A stretch of DNA of 63,580 nucleotides, the filler included, from Octopus bimaculoides (taxonomy: Eukaryota), in NCBI RefSeq assembly GCF_001194135.2. It is 5 parts of 4 records of this genome, joined end to end, with 100 filler letters (N's around TTAATTAATTAA, not from the genome) between each part and the next. Parts side by side here need not be neighbours in the genome. Positions count along the whole stretch, not along the records: positions 37,803 to 55,961 come from NC_068991.1; positions 56,062 to 61,158 come from NC_068985.1; positions 61,259 to 63,580 come from NC_068991.1; 2 more parts are not named here. One strand, 5' to 3'. The position numbers were made by a program, and so were the translations under genes. Below are positions 52,609 through 63,580 of the stretch, in pieces. The notes under the pieces are model-generated. The model had not been told where the DNA came from. It ran no database searches and saw only the letters and a list, made by a program, of their open reading frames with translations. Each line of letters opens with the position of its first letter. Position 1 is the stretch's first letter.

Positions 52609-53327
52609 GTAGGTTCTCTCTGGTTGTTTCTGCTTCATTATTCATGTTGTATCGTTGTTGTTTAATGTAGCAGCTGTTGTTGTTGTTGTTGTTGTTATTG
52701 TTGTTGTTATTGTTGTTGCTTTTATTGTTGTTGTCAGTGGTGGTGGTGGTAATACTGGCGACCCCTTATCTCCTTCCTTCTTGAATATGCCGTGCTAAAG
52801 AATCAGGAAACTGCACAGTAGGATATCACTCATCGCCATGTTGTAGTGTTGATGTATATGATGGTGATGGTGATGGTAATGATGGTAGTAATAGCAGCGG
52901 CGGTGGTGGTGGTGGTGTTTCTTGTTTGGTCGCATCGAATACCTATCACTCAAAGACATTCCGACCATGACCTTGCTTCAGTATTTTCCAGCAGGAAATA
53001 CCAAAATTCTGTTCCAGTTGCTGTTGGAAATTCAAATTTAAATCCCATTCTGTTACAAAAGACATAGAGAGGAACCCTGGTCGATTTCATTTCTCGTAAA
53101 AGGGGCCACGGAACTTATAAAACCACTGTAAATGAATAGTTATTTGAAGCCTATATTGTTTCATATGTTTTGGGGTTAATGTCTGTTTTTTCGTTTTAAG
53201 ATGGTAGCGCTGTGCTTATGAGAGGAATTTGCTACTATGTCTTGGAAATATTGAAAAATTTACACTTCTGAAATATTCTGTTGAATTTTCATAAAGTAAA
53301 GAAATTATTCTGCTATTTTGGTTCTAG

Positions 53328-53503
53328 ATTCTGATGTCCATACCGCTCTAGACAGTGTCTTTGGAATCATCAGCGGTATGCATGTGCCCTTCCCAACAAC
53401 AAGCCCTAATGCCTGCTCCGGCAAGGGTCTCACTTGTCCTCTAAAACAAGGTGTTAAGTACACCTACAAGTCGGTCATTCCTATTTCTGCAATTTTCCCT
53501 AAG
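53328..53503 (+). CDS. NPC2: NPC2/ML-domain protein, exon 3 (NSDVHTALDSVFGIISGMHVPFPTTSPNACSGKGLTCPLKQGVKYTYKSVIPISAIFPK)
   Basis: TTTTGGTTCTAG acceptor and AAG|GTAAGA donor; 176 nt, phase 1-0. Motif VFGII-G-x-x-VPFP-x5-AC-x6-CPL-x-x-G-x-x-YTY typical of NPC2. Confidence 0.95.
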
Positions 53504-53609
53504 GTAAGAATCAAAAATGTTCTCTTTTTGTTTTTGTGTTTTCTTTTAGACAAATAGAGAGAGGAAGGGAGACAAAGAGAGAGAAGAAGAGAGAGACAGA
53601 AATAGAAAG

Positions 53610-53670
<61 letters not shown>

Positions 53671-53899
53671 ATGTGCGTGTGCGTGTGCATGTGCGTGTGT
53701 GTGTGTGTGCACGTGTATGCTATCCACACACACGCGCGGCACTCACATATCTCAACTTGTTTGACTTGTTTGACTGCTTTTTTAAAGTGTGTAGACAGAC
53801 CAGAGAAGACAGCACCAGAGATCCGTTTTAGGGTCATGCACAGCACCCGAGACTAGTGGAGGAAATGATGTTATCATCTGCTGATGATTGACCTGACCC

Positions 53900-54270
53900 G
53901 AATACTTGCAAGGCTCCGTTAAAAAGGTGGTTTTTTAGGGTGGTTTTAAATTAGATAACTGCAAGTTAAAGTTTGAGAGGTAAAAAAAAAACTTGAGCGT
54001 TTGGATACGAATTTTAGGGGACTGATGCTACTGGGTAAGAAAGAATGAGTGTAAGTGACCAGAAAGGATTCTGGTAACAGTGGAAGACACAATAAGAGTA
54101 AGGTGAGGAAGGAAGATGAGTGAATCGAGTGGACCACAACTGAAATCAACCAGTTTTGGGGACCAGGAGCCACTCTGGTGATGGTAGAAAAGACAACAAT
54201 GAAACAGACGACACGTCTTTGATGCAGGAGTTGAAGAGTGCCAGCAAGAGACTTTATGCCAAACAAATGG
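53900..54270 (-). mobile_element. CR1/Jockey-group LINE 3' end, decayed, in NPC2 intron 3
   Basis: The minus strand reads SLAGTLQLLHQRRVV...YTHSFLPSSISPL, resembling the L-x-HRR...SFFPRT..LWN tail of these ORF2 proteins. Confidence 0.5.
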
Positions 54271-54449
54271 TTGGTATTTTTATGCAGTTTATGACATCTT
54301 GGTACGTAACAACAGCAACAACAACGTCTTAGATGCGAGAGCAGTATTGTATGGTGAGAATCACATGGGCTTTCTTATAGGGTTACTAGCTGTTGGAGCT
54401 TTCCTTTTTTCCGGCTAATCTATCTTTTCTGCCGCTGCTTTTTTAAATC

Positions 54450-54614
54450 CCTTTGCATAGGTCATATAAGTGGATTAAAAAGCTTGTAAATAGATGGAAG
54501 AAAGTCATAGATAATCAGGGAAAGTACATTGATGATTAAATTTCAATTAAATATAACATTTGACCACTTGTTTTCTTTATTAAAAATTCGGACAAAACTT
54601 ATGGGATGACCTGA
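54450..54614 (+). mobile_element. Mariner 3' end with TIR, in NPC2 intron 3
   Basis: IKKLVNRWKKVIDNQGKYIDD* then ...AAACTTATGGGATGACCTGA|TA. A related left TIR TATTGGGTCATCCCATA lies at about 21566. Confidence 0.75.
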
Positions 54615-54956
54615 TACATTCCAACGATGGAGTTTTGTATTTTTGTTAGAGACCAACAACTTCTTTTACAGGGAGGCTTCAAATGAATAAAAATTGAAGA
54701 GAGCATGAATACATACATATATAGGTGTGTGTGGTTTTTAACATTAGAACAACGGGACACAGATCAACTGTCCTCAATATATACCTGCTACTTACTTTAA
54801 AATTCAACCAACTGACATCAGATAAATTCGATCTTGGTTAGATTTTTATTTAGAACGAAATATCAAATACTGAAAGTAATTTCATTCAAAATTTCTCCTA
54901 GCCGGTGCTTTTAACCATAACGAAATAATTTGGGTTTTTTTCTCTCTCTTTGACAG

Positions 54957-55037
54957 CTACGTCTGATAGTGGAATGGTCCGTCGTGGAGGGTACCAAGAA
55001 ACTGTTCTGTGTGAAAATCCCTGCTCTACTGCAATAA
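54957..55037 (+). CDS. NPC2: NPC2/ML-domain protein, exon 4 (LRLIVEWSVVEGTKKLFCVKIPALLQ*)
   Basis: Long pyrimidine tract then TGACAG acceptor, phase 0. L-x-V-E-W...LFC-x-x-IP C-terminal NPC2 motif; TAA at 55035-55037. The spliced CDS is 447 nt = 148 aa with Cys at 27, 42, 47, 93, 100 and 140. Confidence 0.93.
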   Translation, partial: LRLIVEWSVVEGTKKLFCVKIPALLQ

Positions 55038-55038
55038 A
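55033..55038 (+). other. AATAAA polyadenylation-signal candidate overlapping the NPC2 stop codon
   Basis: CAATAAAAT at 55032-55040 contains both the TAA stop and an AATAAA hexamer. Confidence 0.3.
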
Positions 55039-55407
55039 ATTGCACCCGTTACCATTCGTGGTAGAGAAAGAGTCATTCCAAGAATAAGGGACCTCATTAA
55101 TTACTCGTACGTGTGTGCGTAATTACATGTATGTGAGTGTGTGAATCCATTATATGTACTAAATGTATGCGTGTGAGCTGTTATACATATGTGAATACAT
55201 GTACACATTTGTATGAATATGTAGATGAATACAAGCAAATGGACATTCAACTATATGTATGTATAAATGTGTGCGTGTAAGTGTTTCTGTGTAAGTGTTT
55301 GTGTGTGTGTATGTGTGTGTGTGTATTTGTGTGTGTGTGTAAGTGTTTGTGTGTGTGTGTGTGTGTACAATATATATACGCAAACACACACCTACACACC
55401 CACAAGT

Positions 55408-55600
55408 AAGCACATAAATGCAAAACAAGGTTGAAAAAAATAGTACTCGAATACTGAAGGTAGAGCAACATGCTTTTTTGTTAAAACTGCAAAAACTTCA
55501 CAAAAAAGGTGTTACTCAGAGTTTCACGTTCCCGTTAATCGGGCAGTTGTGATACTGTATCACAACTGCCCGACGAACGGGAACGTGAAACTCTGAGTAA
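55408..55600. mobile_element. Penelope-like terminal fragment with a 44-bp-arm palindrome containing a minimal hammerhead-like motif
   Basis: Arms 55512-55555 and 55557-55600 (42/44 identical, 1-nt loop). The + arm reads CCGACGA-ACG-GGAA-CGT-GAAA-CTC-T-GAG-TA. Confidence 0.65.
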
Positions 55601-55921
55601 AATGTATATATGTGTATATGTTTCGATGTAGTCGCATGAAAATATCTAATTACGCTTATGTATACTTAATACGTAAGTGGTGCTTACTTAAATCTAGCTA
55701 CATTTAATGTATTTAAATGTATGCAGGATTTTTGTGCAACATGAGCAACATATTGGAAACTCAGTATAACAAAAATTGAAAACCATAGACAATGTCAAAG
55801 TGTTATTATTCTGCAGCCATCGATAACATAGCCACTGTTTGCGAACAACTTATATTGTTCCCACACCTTACAATGCATACATTATGATATATGTATATGT
55901 GTGCGTATGCGTGTCAGTATA

Positions 55922-55961
<40 letters not shown>

Positions 55962-56061
55962 NNNNNNNNNNNNNNNNNNNNNNNNNNNNNNNNNNNNNNN
56001 NNNNNTTAATTAATTAANNNNNNNNNNNNNNNNNNNNNNNNNNNNNNNNNNNNNNNNNNNN
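55962..56061. other. Artificial scaffold spacer N44-TTAATTAATTAA-N44
   Basis: Same 100-bp structure as the other three. Confidence 0.95.
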
Positions 56062-56227
56062 TATATACGACGAGCCTCTTTCAGTTTCCGTCTACCAAAT
56101 CCACTCACAAGGCTTTGGTCGGCCCGAGGCTATAGTAGAAGACACTTGCCCAAGTGCCACGCAATGGGACTGAACCCGGAACCATGTGGTTCGTAAGCAA
56201 GCTACTTAGCACACAGCCACTGCTACG

Positions 56228-56259
<32 letters not shown>

Positions 56260-57511
56260 GAGAGAGAGACAACTAGATTAGCATAGATATTGATGTAAAA
56301 TGTATGTATTATATATATATATGTGTGTATGTGAAACTTTACAAGTTGTATACATTTTGTAAACTTAAACTTAAAGTTATCGTGTTCGTTCTATTTCATT
56401 TTCGATCTAAATCGTCCATATATTGCTATTATCTACTAGTCTCTTGTATTGAAACGCTGGTTTTTGCTAAATATACAGAGATGTGTGTGTAAGTAAGAAT
56501 ATGTATGTGTGTCGCACATATGCAATATGTGTTTGTGTAAGTGCAGTTATATCGATTTATATATTTATTTATGTTACCTAAACGCATACATGCAATTTGT
56601 CTTTTTCTAGTTGATACTTTTTTATCCGTGATTTATCATCACAAACACACACACACACACTTACATACACACACACACATGCCCACACACATGTATATAA
56701 ATATATATACATACATATATGTATATGGATAAATATACACATATATATAATACATATTTATATGCATATATTGTGTGTATGTATGTGTGTGTGCGTGTTT
56801 CAGTGTGTGTATGCGTGTGTTGACTTTTGATGTAAAACAGAAGAGTGTTCTTTTTCAACTTTGCATGTTCTTTTTCTATTTATTTTTATTTATTTTCTCC
56901 CCCACCCCACCCCCGTTTACGTTTATTTATCTGAAGAATTTTATCAAGTAATCTATCTGTTATTTTTATATTTCTAGAATAAATAAATAGATACATAAAA
57001 TAAAAGAACAAAAGAGGAAGGATATAAAATAAAACAATTGAAAGAATGGTAAACGAATGTACTTTTACCATATGTATGTAAGAGAAAGGTATATTTTTAA
57101 TTCCTTATTTTGCAGTCTGTAAAAAAACTCAGCAAGATAATTAATGTTATTCTAATNNNNNNNNNNNNNNNNNNNNNNNNNNNNNNNNNNNNNNNNNNNN
57201 NNNNNNNNNNNNNNNNNNNNNNNNNNNNNNNNNNNNNNNNNNNNNNNNNNNNNNNNNNNNNNNNNNNNNNNNNNNNNNNNNNNNNNNNNNNNNNNNNNNN
57301 NNNNNNNNNNNNNNNNNNNNNNNNNNNNNNNNNNNNNNNNNNNNNNNNNNNNNNNNNNNNNNNNNNNNNNNNNNNNNNNNNNNNNNNNNNNNNNNNNNNN
57401 NNNNNNNNNNNNNNNNNNNNNNNNNNNNNNNNNNNNNNNNNNNNNNNNNNNNNNNNNNNNNNNNNNNNNNNNNNNNNNNNNNNNNNNNNNNNNNNNNNNN
57501 NNNNNNNNNNN

Positions 57512-57544
<33 letters not shown>

Positions 57545-57994
57545 TGTAAATGTATATGTGTGTGTATGTATAATATGTATATATGCATGTATGTATATAC
57601 AAAGATATATATATAAATACGTGTGCATATATACATATGTGTGTGTGTGTGTATAAATATAATACTTCTGCAAATATATTATTCTATAAGTATATAAATA
57701 CATGTTTACACACCCACACACAGACACACACATATGTTAGTTATAGAATCAAATTTCCTCATCCTCACCCCACTCCTGTATCTGTCTCTGAATTCGTTTA
57801 TTTGTAACACATGGTTTTTCCATTCAAATATATGCTGTCTTTTTATTTTTTTTTATTTTTGGTAAATTATGTATTTTTGATGTTCTTCTGATCTCGATTT
57901 CTAACATTATTCTATTTTTTATAATTTCTTCATAGAAGGAAAAGAAAGAGGAATTTCCATATCTAGACAAAAATAACCTCAAATCTATTTGACA

Positions 57995-58025
<31 letters not shown>

Positions 58026-58415
58026 CATGCATGCATTAATACATATATATACACACACCAATAAGTTTGCTATATATATATATATATNNNNNNNNNNNNN
58101 NNNNNNNNNNNNNNNNNNNNNNNNNNNNNNNNNNNNNNNNNNNNNNNNNNNNNNNNNNNNNNNNNNNNNNNNNNNNNNNNNNNNNNNNNNNNNNNNNNNN
58201 NNNNNNNNNNNNNNNNNNNNNNNNNNNNNNNNNNNNNNNNNNNNNNNNNNNNNNNNNNNNNNNNNNNNNNNNNNNNNNNNNNNNNNNNNNNNNNNNNNNN
58301 NNNNNNNNNNGTGGGAGAGTCTCAACTGGAACAACATTTGACCATGGTCTGATCTGAGGTTAAGCAACAACGAAGCCATCCAATACACCTTTGTCGTTGT
58401 TTTATGTCTCTAGAT

Positions 58416-58800
58416 GTGGAGGCGCAATGGCCCAGTGGTTAGGGCAGCGGACTCGCGGTCATAGGATCGCGGTTTCGATTCCCAGACCGGGCGTTGTGAG
58501 TGTTTATTGAGCGAAAACACCTAAAGTTCTACGAGGCTCCGGTAGGGGATGGTAGTGAACCCTGCTGTACTCTTTCACCAACTTTCTCTCACTCTTACTT
58601 CCTGTTTCTGTTGTGCCTGTAATTCAAAGGGTCAACCTTGTCACACTGTGTCACGCTGAATCTCCCCGAGAACTACGTTAATGGTACGCGTGTCTGTGGA
58701 GTGCTCAGCCACTTGCACGTTAATTTCACGAGCAGGCTGTTCCGTTGATCGGATCAACTGGAACCCTCGACGTCGTAAGCGACGGAGTGCCAACAACAAC
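58416..58800 (+). mobile_element. tRNA-derived SINE family C, full length with (AAC)n tail
   Basis: A and B boxes in the head; matches 49041-49415 and 63301-63580 in reverse complement. Confidence 0.88.
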
Positions 58801-59439
58801 ACGTCTCTCGATAGATGAGCAAAAACTAATTCACTAATCCATTGACTACGCGCATACGCTGTTTCTTCATTCCGCTGATTGTCTCCCTATTAACATGCTC
58901 TCGGCTCCTTAGACTAGCTAATTGCTTGCACACCGCCCTCTATCCAAGCTCACTCGTCATAGCTCCCTTTTCTATTACCGTTACTCCTACTGCACCTCAA
59001 TCATGCCATAATTCCCACATTAATAATTATACAAAATCTTTTCATCCATCCGTCATTCCGTCCCACCCAGAAACATGAACATTCCAGAATTTCTTTCCAG
59101 CTTTCTGTTTTTTTAATTTTTAACCATTCATAAGTCAAAATTTATAAATTTTCAAGCAAACATCTATCATATTGATCTGACCAGTTTCTGATATCGTCAG
59201 AAGTTCATCGTCACTGTCTTTAAACTCTGGCAAAACTCTAAAAAGAATTCTTGGCCAACAAACAGATATATTGAAAATTTTTTTCCAAGGAAAACAAACA
59301 GCAACGAAAGAAGGAGAAATCTTAGGGCCAATAAGAGTACCGTTGCATAATCGTCCGATTCGTTATATATAGCCGCTGAATTAGTTTAAATCATACCCTA
59401 CTGCATTAAAATGGATTATATCTAGGACTACATTAATTA

Positions 59440-59785
59440 CGAGGTGGAATCAAAATGTTCTCAGACAAGTTATGTTTGATAAAAATAAAAAAAATTTATT
59501 TACCTAAGTTTTAACATCATGCCCTTCGAAATAGTCACCTTGTTCAGCAATACACCGGTCCTGCAACTCTTGGAATTCGGCCTGGAAGTTGTTTTCCTTA
59601 AGTGAGTCGAGGACCTTATGCGATTCGCTCTGGATCTCGACAACGGTGTTATAACGGCGACCTTTGAGCTGCATTTTCATCTCGGGGAAGAGATGGAAGT
59701 TCGCAGAAGCTAAATCTGGCGAATAGGGTGGGTACGAAAGCGATATCGTGTTGCTTTTGGCGAGAAACTCACGAGTGAGTACATG
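59440..59785 (-). mobile_element. Mariner 3' part (DD34D C-terminus) with TIR
   Basis: The minus strand reads REFLAKSNTISLSYPPYSPDLASANFHLFPEMKMQLKGRRY...RCIAEQGDYFEG (the YSPDLA motif). TA|CGAGGTGG terminus at 59438-59447. Confidence 0.85.
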
Positions 59786-60799
59786 ATAAATGATTAAAAA
59801 GTTTGGTCGACAATAATTAGGATGCTGCTTAATTGTTTCGAGCTAAATGTTCTATTCATATATACATACATAAATTACACACATACATTCAAACATATAT
59901 ACTTACACACACACATACACACACACACACATATACACACATACATACATACGTTTATATGAATCTCATATAATGGCACCTTAGTAAATTACTACCTAAT
60001 TCTTTAAAGGATTTGAATATATACACATATATATGATTGCGTGTATATGGATATGTGGAAGCCATCATAGACTGAGAGTTTGAGAAGTTCCCTTCGCAAC
60101 CATTAGGTTCCGTGTACGATTCTACTGCGTAGCTTCATGACCAAATTCCTTTACCATGACCTCGAATCCTCTTAAACTTTGAGTAAAATTGCGTTGACAG
60201 AATCTATATGAAAGTCGTCGGCTGGTTTGTAGCTGCAATTAAAACGTCCAGTTTTGTCACATATTATGTCACGTTGGTTCTACTTGAGAATTATGTTAAT
60301 GATGCATGTGTCTGTGAAATACTCAGCCATTTTACATGCTAATATAATGAGTTGGCCATCCTTTGATCAATGGTGTATCATGTAATATTTTGTGTTGGCA
60401 GAAGGCATACGTCAACACATGTAGATGATTTCATCGAGGTTTTTGTCTTTTAAGGCGAATATTTCGACCAATTATGTTTAAAAATTATTGGGTGCAAGAA
60501 GGAATATCAAACGAACAGTTGTAGATAAAAAGGCAACATTTAGAAAAAACTGATGTCAGTTTTGAGATCACTTTCTGGGGCACTTATTCCAGTAACATAT
60601 ATAATTATCAGGATCAGAGAGAATCAGGTATTTAAATTATAAAAGCACTAAGGTAGAGCTATAACCTTGTTGGGGGTGGGGGCATTTTGCACTATATTCT
60701 ATTTTATGAGAAATTCAAAGTTCTAAATTTTCTCTTTATTTACCTGAAGAAAACGTTTTTCTCCTTTTTAGTTTTTGCCTGGTGTATCGCTTTTGGTCA

Positions 60800-61140
60800 T
60801 CAAGTTTGATTCTTTGTGACGTTCGCAACAGTTCGTTTGTGGGCTAAATCTACATACGATACAGTTCCTATCAGTGCAGGGGGTTCTACTGAAAGGGTAT
60901 GTTCTACTGATAAGGGATTTGATGGGGTTGCCTGGCCTTTCAACAACCTTAATTCTTAGCTTAAGTTTGTCTAGGGCCCTTCTAAAGCGGTACGCCAGTT
61001 CGCCTCTAGGGGTGGTGTCGACGAACATGACGCTTTGGTACTTGTGGCTATTGTACCATGAGCTTGCCTTCCCTATTTTCTTCTTAGTTCTTTCTATGGT
61101 GTTCCATGATTTGCTCCTATAGAGTGGGCAAAACCAGAAA
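60800..61140 (-). mobile_element. Penelope-like element ORF fragment (linker between RT and GIY-YIG)
   Basis: GFCPLYRSKSWNTIERTKKK..SWY..YQSVMFVDTTPRGELAYRF..IKVVERPG..PF..PC..RNCIVC, typical of PLE proteins upstream of the GIY-YIG domain. Cut by the spacer gap. Confidence 0.75.
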
Positions 61141-61158
61141 TGTGGTCTATAGTATAAG

Positions 61159-61258
61159 NNNNNNNNNNNNNNNNNNNNNNNNNNNNNNNNNNNNNNNNNN
61201 NNTTAATTAATTAANNNNNNNNNNNNNNNNNNNNNNNNNNNNNNNNNNNNNNNNNNNN
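61159..61258. other. Artificial scaffold spacer N44-TTAATTAATTAA-N44
   Basis: Same 100-bp structure as the other three. Confidence 0.95.
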
Positions 61259-61764
61259 TATATACGACGGGCTTCTTTCAGTTTCCGTCCACGAAATCCA
61301 CTCACAAGGTTTTGGTCAGCCCGCCGACACTTACGGAAGGTGTCACGCAGTGGGACTGAACTCGGAATCATGTGGTTGGGAAGCATGCTTCTTACCACAC
61401 AGCCACTTGTTTATGTGTGTGCTTATGCGCGCGCGTGTGTGTGTGTGTGTGTGTGTGTGATAATGTTATGTCATTTTCCATATAACCTCCTTAAGAATTG
61501 ATTGGAAAAGGCCAGACAAATTGATTGGTAAGGTCAGACGGTGATTAACATTTCTACTGTCTGCCGTGTAGTGTATGTGTGGTAGTAATATTGCTGTTGT
61601 ATATGTGGTTGTGGTTTAGGCAGTGGTACTAATAGTGATGTATCTGTTGCAGTGCTATAAATGATGGAACTTGGCGTTGTATGCTTGGTGGTATTTCAGG
61701 TGTCGGATGTGAAGTAGTAGAGTTGGTGTTGGTATTAGTGGTGTTACTATAGTTGTGGTTTAGA

Positions 61765-62213
61765 GCGGCGAGCTGACAGAATCGTTAGCACGCCGGGCGA
61801 AATGCTTAGCGGTATTTCGTCAGCCGTAACGTTCTGAGTTCAAATTCCGCCAAGATCGACTTTGCCTTTCAGCCTTTCGGAGTGGATTAAATAAGTACCA
61901 GTTACGTACTGGGGTCGATGTAATCGACTTAATCTCTTTGTCTGACCTTGTTTGTTTCCTCTATGTTTAGCTCCTTGTGGGCAATAAAGAAATAAGAAAC
62001 GTTAGCATGCCGGACAAAATGCTTAGCGGTATTTCGTCTGCCGTTACGTTCTGAGTTCAAATTCCGCCAAGGTCGACTTTGCCTTTCAGCCTTTCGGTGT
62101 CAATTAAATAAGTACCAGTTACGCACTGGGGTCGATGTAATCGACTTAATCCCTTTGTCTGTTCTTGTTTGTCCCCTGCATGTTTGTCCCCCTGTGGACA
62201 ATAAAGAAATAGA
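61765..62213 (+). mobile_element. Tandem dimer of family A SINE (tail type 2) with a 17-bp TSD
   Basis: Monomers 61765-61993 and about 61996-62210; TATAGTTGTGGTTTAGA at 61748-61764 and 62214-62230. Confidence 0.88.
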
Positions 62214-62587
62214 TATAGTTGTGGTTTAGATGGTGGTACATGCGGTGATGTATGTGTTGTGGTGTAAGAGATGCAGCATGTCGTAATATTTGTCTCTCAN
62301 NNNNNNNNNNNNNNNNNNNNNNNNNNNNNNNNNNNNNNNNNNNNNNNNNNNNNNNNNNNNNNNNNNNNNNNNNNNNNNNNNNNNNNNNNNNNNNNNNNNN
62401 NNNNNNNNNNNNNNNNNNNNNNNNNNNNNNNNNNNNNNNNNNNNNNNNNNNNNNNNNNNNNNNNNNNNNNNNNNNNNNNNNNNNNNNNNNNNNNNNNNNN
62501 NNNNNNNNNNNNNNNNNNNNNNNNNNNNNNNNNNNNNNNNNNNNNNNNNNNNNNNNNNNNATATATATATATATATATACATATATA

Positions 62588-63287
62588 TACTGGCTGAATT
62601 ACCCGGTAATACCTGGAAAAGCGCGTGTTATTTCCAGTTCCCCTTCTCATTACACTGTTTCATGTTCTGTCCCGTTCCCTGTTCAGTTCCCGTTTAAGAC
62701 ACATGGATAGATTTACAAATACATTGACAAATAGTCCGCGTATTGTAGCTTATCGTTGTCGCATATCGTAGCTTATCGTAGCATGGCTGTGTCTCATGTG
62801 GCGTGATAAAAATGATTAAGATGTTATGGTGATTTGGATTTAACTCATCAAATTAATCCCATGGTGAACTAACTTCCAGATCATTGGTCATTACATTGTT
62901 CCTTTTCGTATCCACGAATCCTGAATTTGACCGTGTCCTTAATGTGACGTTAGCGTGACGTATGGGCGATGCATGCAGAATTGTTTTCCTTTTGAAAGCT
63001 GAGTTGTTCTCACAAAGGTCACATGCTGTTTACATGAAGGAGTGCATGGTTGATCCTTACAGAAGCCTTACTTAATTCATATCAGTAGATGTGTTATTGA
63101 TTTGTAAGCGTAGCACAACAGCTACTACGGGACCCATATGAATTTTTATTGAAATTCAATGAGCCTATAATTCAACTAAGATGTTAGTTTAACATGTATG
63201 CAAAGTTTCGTCGGGATTGGTACACTGCTATAGGCAGCAAGATAGTAACAGACATACAGACCGACAAGAATTGCCATATATATATAT
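62588..63287 (+). mobile_element. Probable non-autonomous Helitron (Lep1-like architecture)
   Basis: 5' TACTGGCTGAATTACCCGG; 3' ...GCAAAGTTTCGTCGGGATTGG...AACAGACATACAGACCGAC...ATATATAT. Resembles invertebrate non-autonomous Helitron ends; no coding evidence. Confidence 0.5.
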
Positions 63288-63300
63288 GTGTGTGTGTGTG

Positions 63301-63580
63301 GTTGGTACTCCATCGGTTACAACGACGAGGGTTCCAGTTGATCCGATCAACGGAACAGCCTGCTCGTGAAATTAACGTGCAAGTGGCTGAGTACTCCACA
63401 AACACGTGTACCCTTAACGTAGTTCTCGGGGAGATTCAGCGCGACACAGAGTGTGACATGGCTGGCCCTTTGAAATACAGGCACAACAGAAACAAGAAGA
63501 AAGAGTGAGAGAAAGTTGTGATGGAAGAGTACAGCAGGGTTCGCCACCATCCCCTGCCGGAGCCTTGTGAAGCTTTAGGT
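63301..63580 (-). mobile_element. SINE family C, truncated by the window end
   Basis: Reverse complement of the 3' part of 58416-58800. Confidence 0.85.

Noticed and set aside
52460-52645. Minus-strand 61-aa ORF
   Set aside because: Antisense to NPC2 exon 2; the + frame has the splice sites and the family motif.
51394-53128. Idea that TIR-like ends at 51394 (CAGTGGTTCTT) and 53128 (rc CAGTGGTTTTA) form one hAT element that captured NPC2 exon 2
   Set aside because: The 8-bp flanks differ (CTTTGGTG versus TAAATGAA), the TIR similarity ends after about 8 bp, and exon 2 sits at an ancestral position. Two separate remnants are more likely.
45245-58480. tRNA-like A/B-box sequences (for example 45245-45315, 49345-49415, 58416-58485)
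   Set aside because: They continue into multi-copy SINE bodies or lack a clean cloverleaf, so they are SINE heads rather than tRNA genes.
59180-59380. About 65-codon open frame without ATG (VSDIVRSSSSL...PIRYI*)
   Set aside because: No recognisable homology, weak acceptor and no partner exon.

Overview
Eukaryotic, AT-rich, microsatellite-saturated draft-assembly DNA. The repeat landscape looks like a coleoid cephalopod (Octopus-like); this is my recognition, not a database result. There are about 20 N-gaps, four of which are artificial 100-bp spacers (N44-TTAATTAATTAA-N44), so the window is probably several joined scaffolds. One complete host gene can be built by hand: a 4-exon NPC2/ML-domain lipid-binding protein on the + strand (50241-50322, 52501-52608, 53328-53503, 54957-55037; 148 aa, signal peptide, six conserved Cys, no canonical N-glycosylation sequon). 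Everything else recognisable is mobile DNA: decayed Tigger/pogo, Tc1, mariner and hAT-Buster transposases; MITEs; CR1-like, R4/Dong-like (RLE), RTE-like and Penelope-like retroelement fragments; at least five SINE-like families; and a probable non-autonomous Helitron. The most interesting items are (i) a 1.68-kb TSD-flanked retroelement encoding only a gag-like CCHC ORF1, nested inside a SINE and sharing its 3' tail with a subfamily of that SINE; (ii) Penelope-type fold-back palindromes carrying hammerhead-ribozyme-like cores, one just downstream of the NPC2 stop; (iii) a SINE dimer inserted as one unit with a 17-bp TSD; and (iv) the sequon-free NPC2 paralogue. Most ORFs in the supplied track are microsatellite or N-gap artefacts. 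There are no rRNA genes, CRISPR arrays or convincing true tRNAs.
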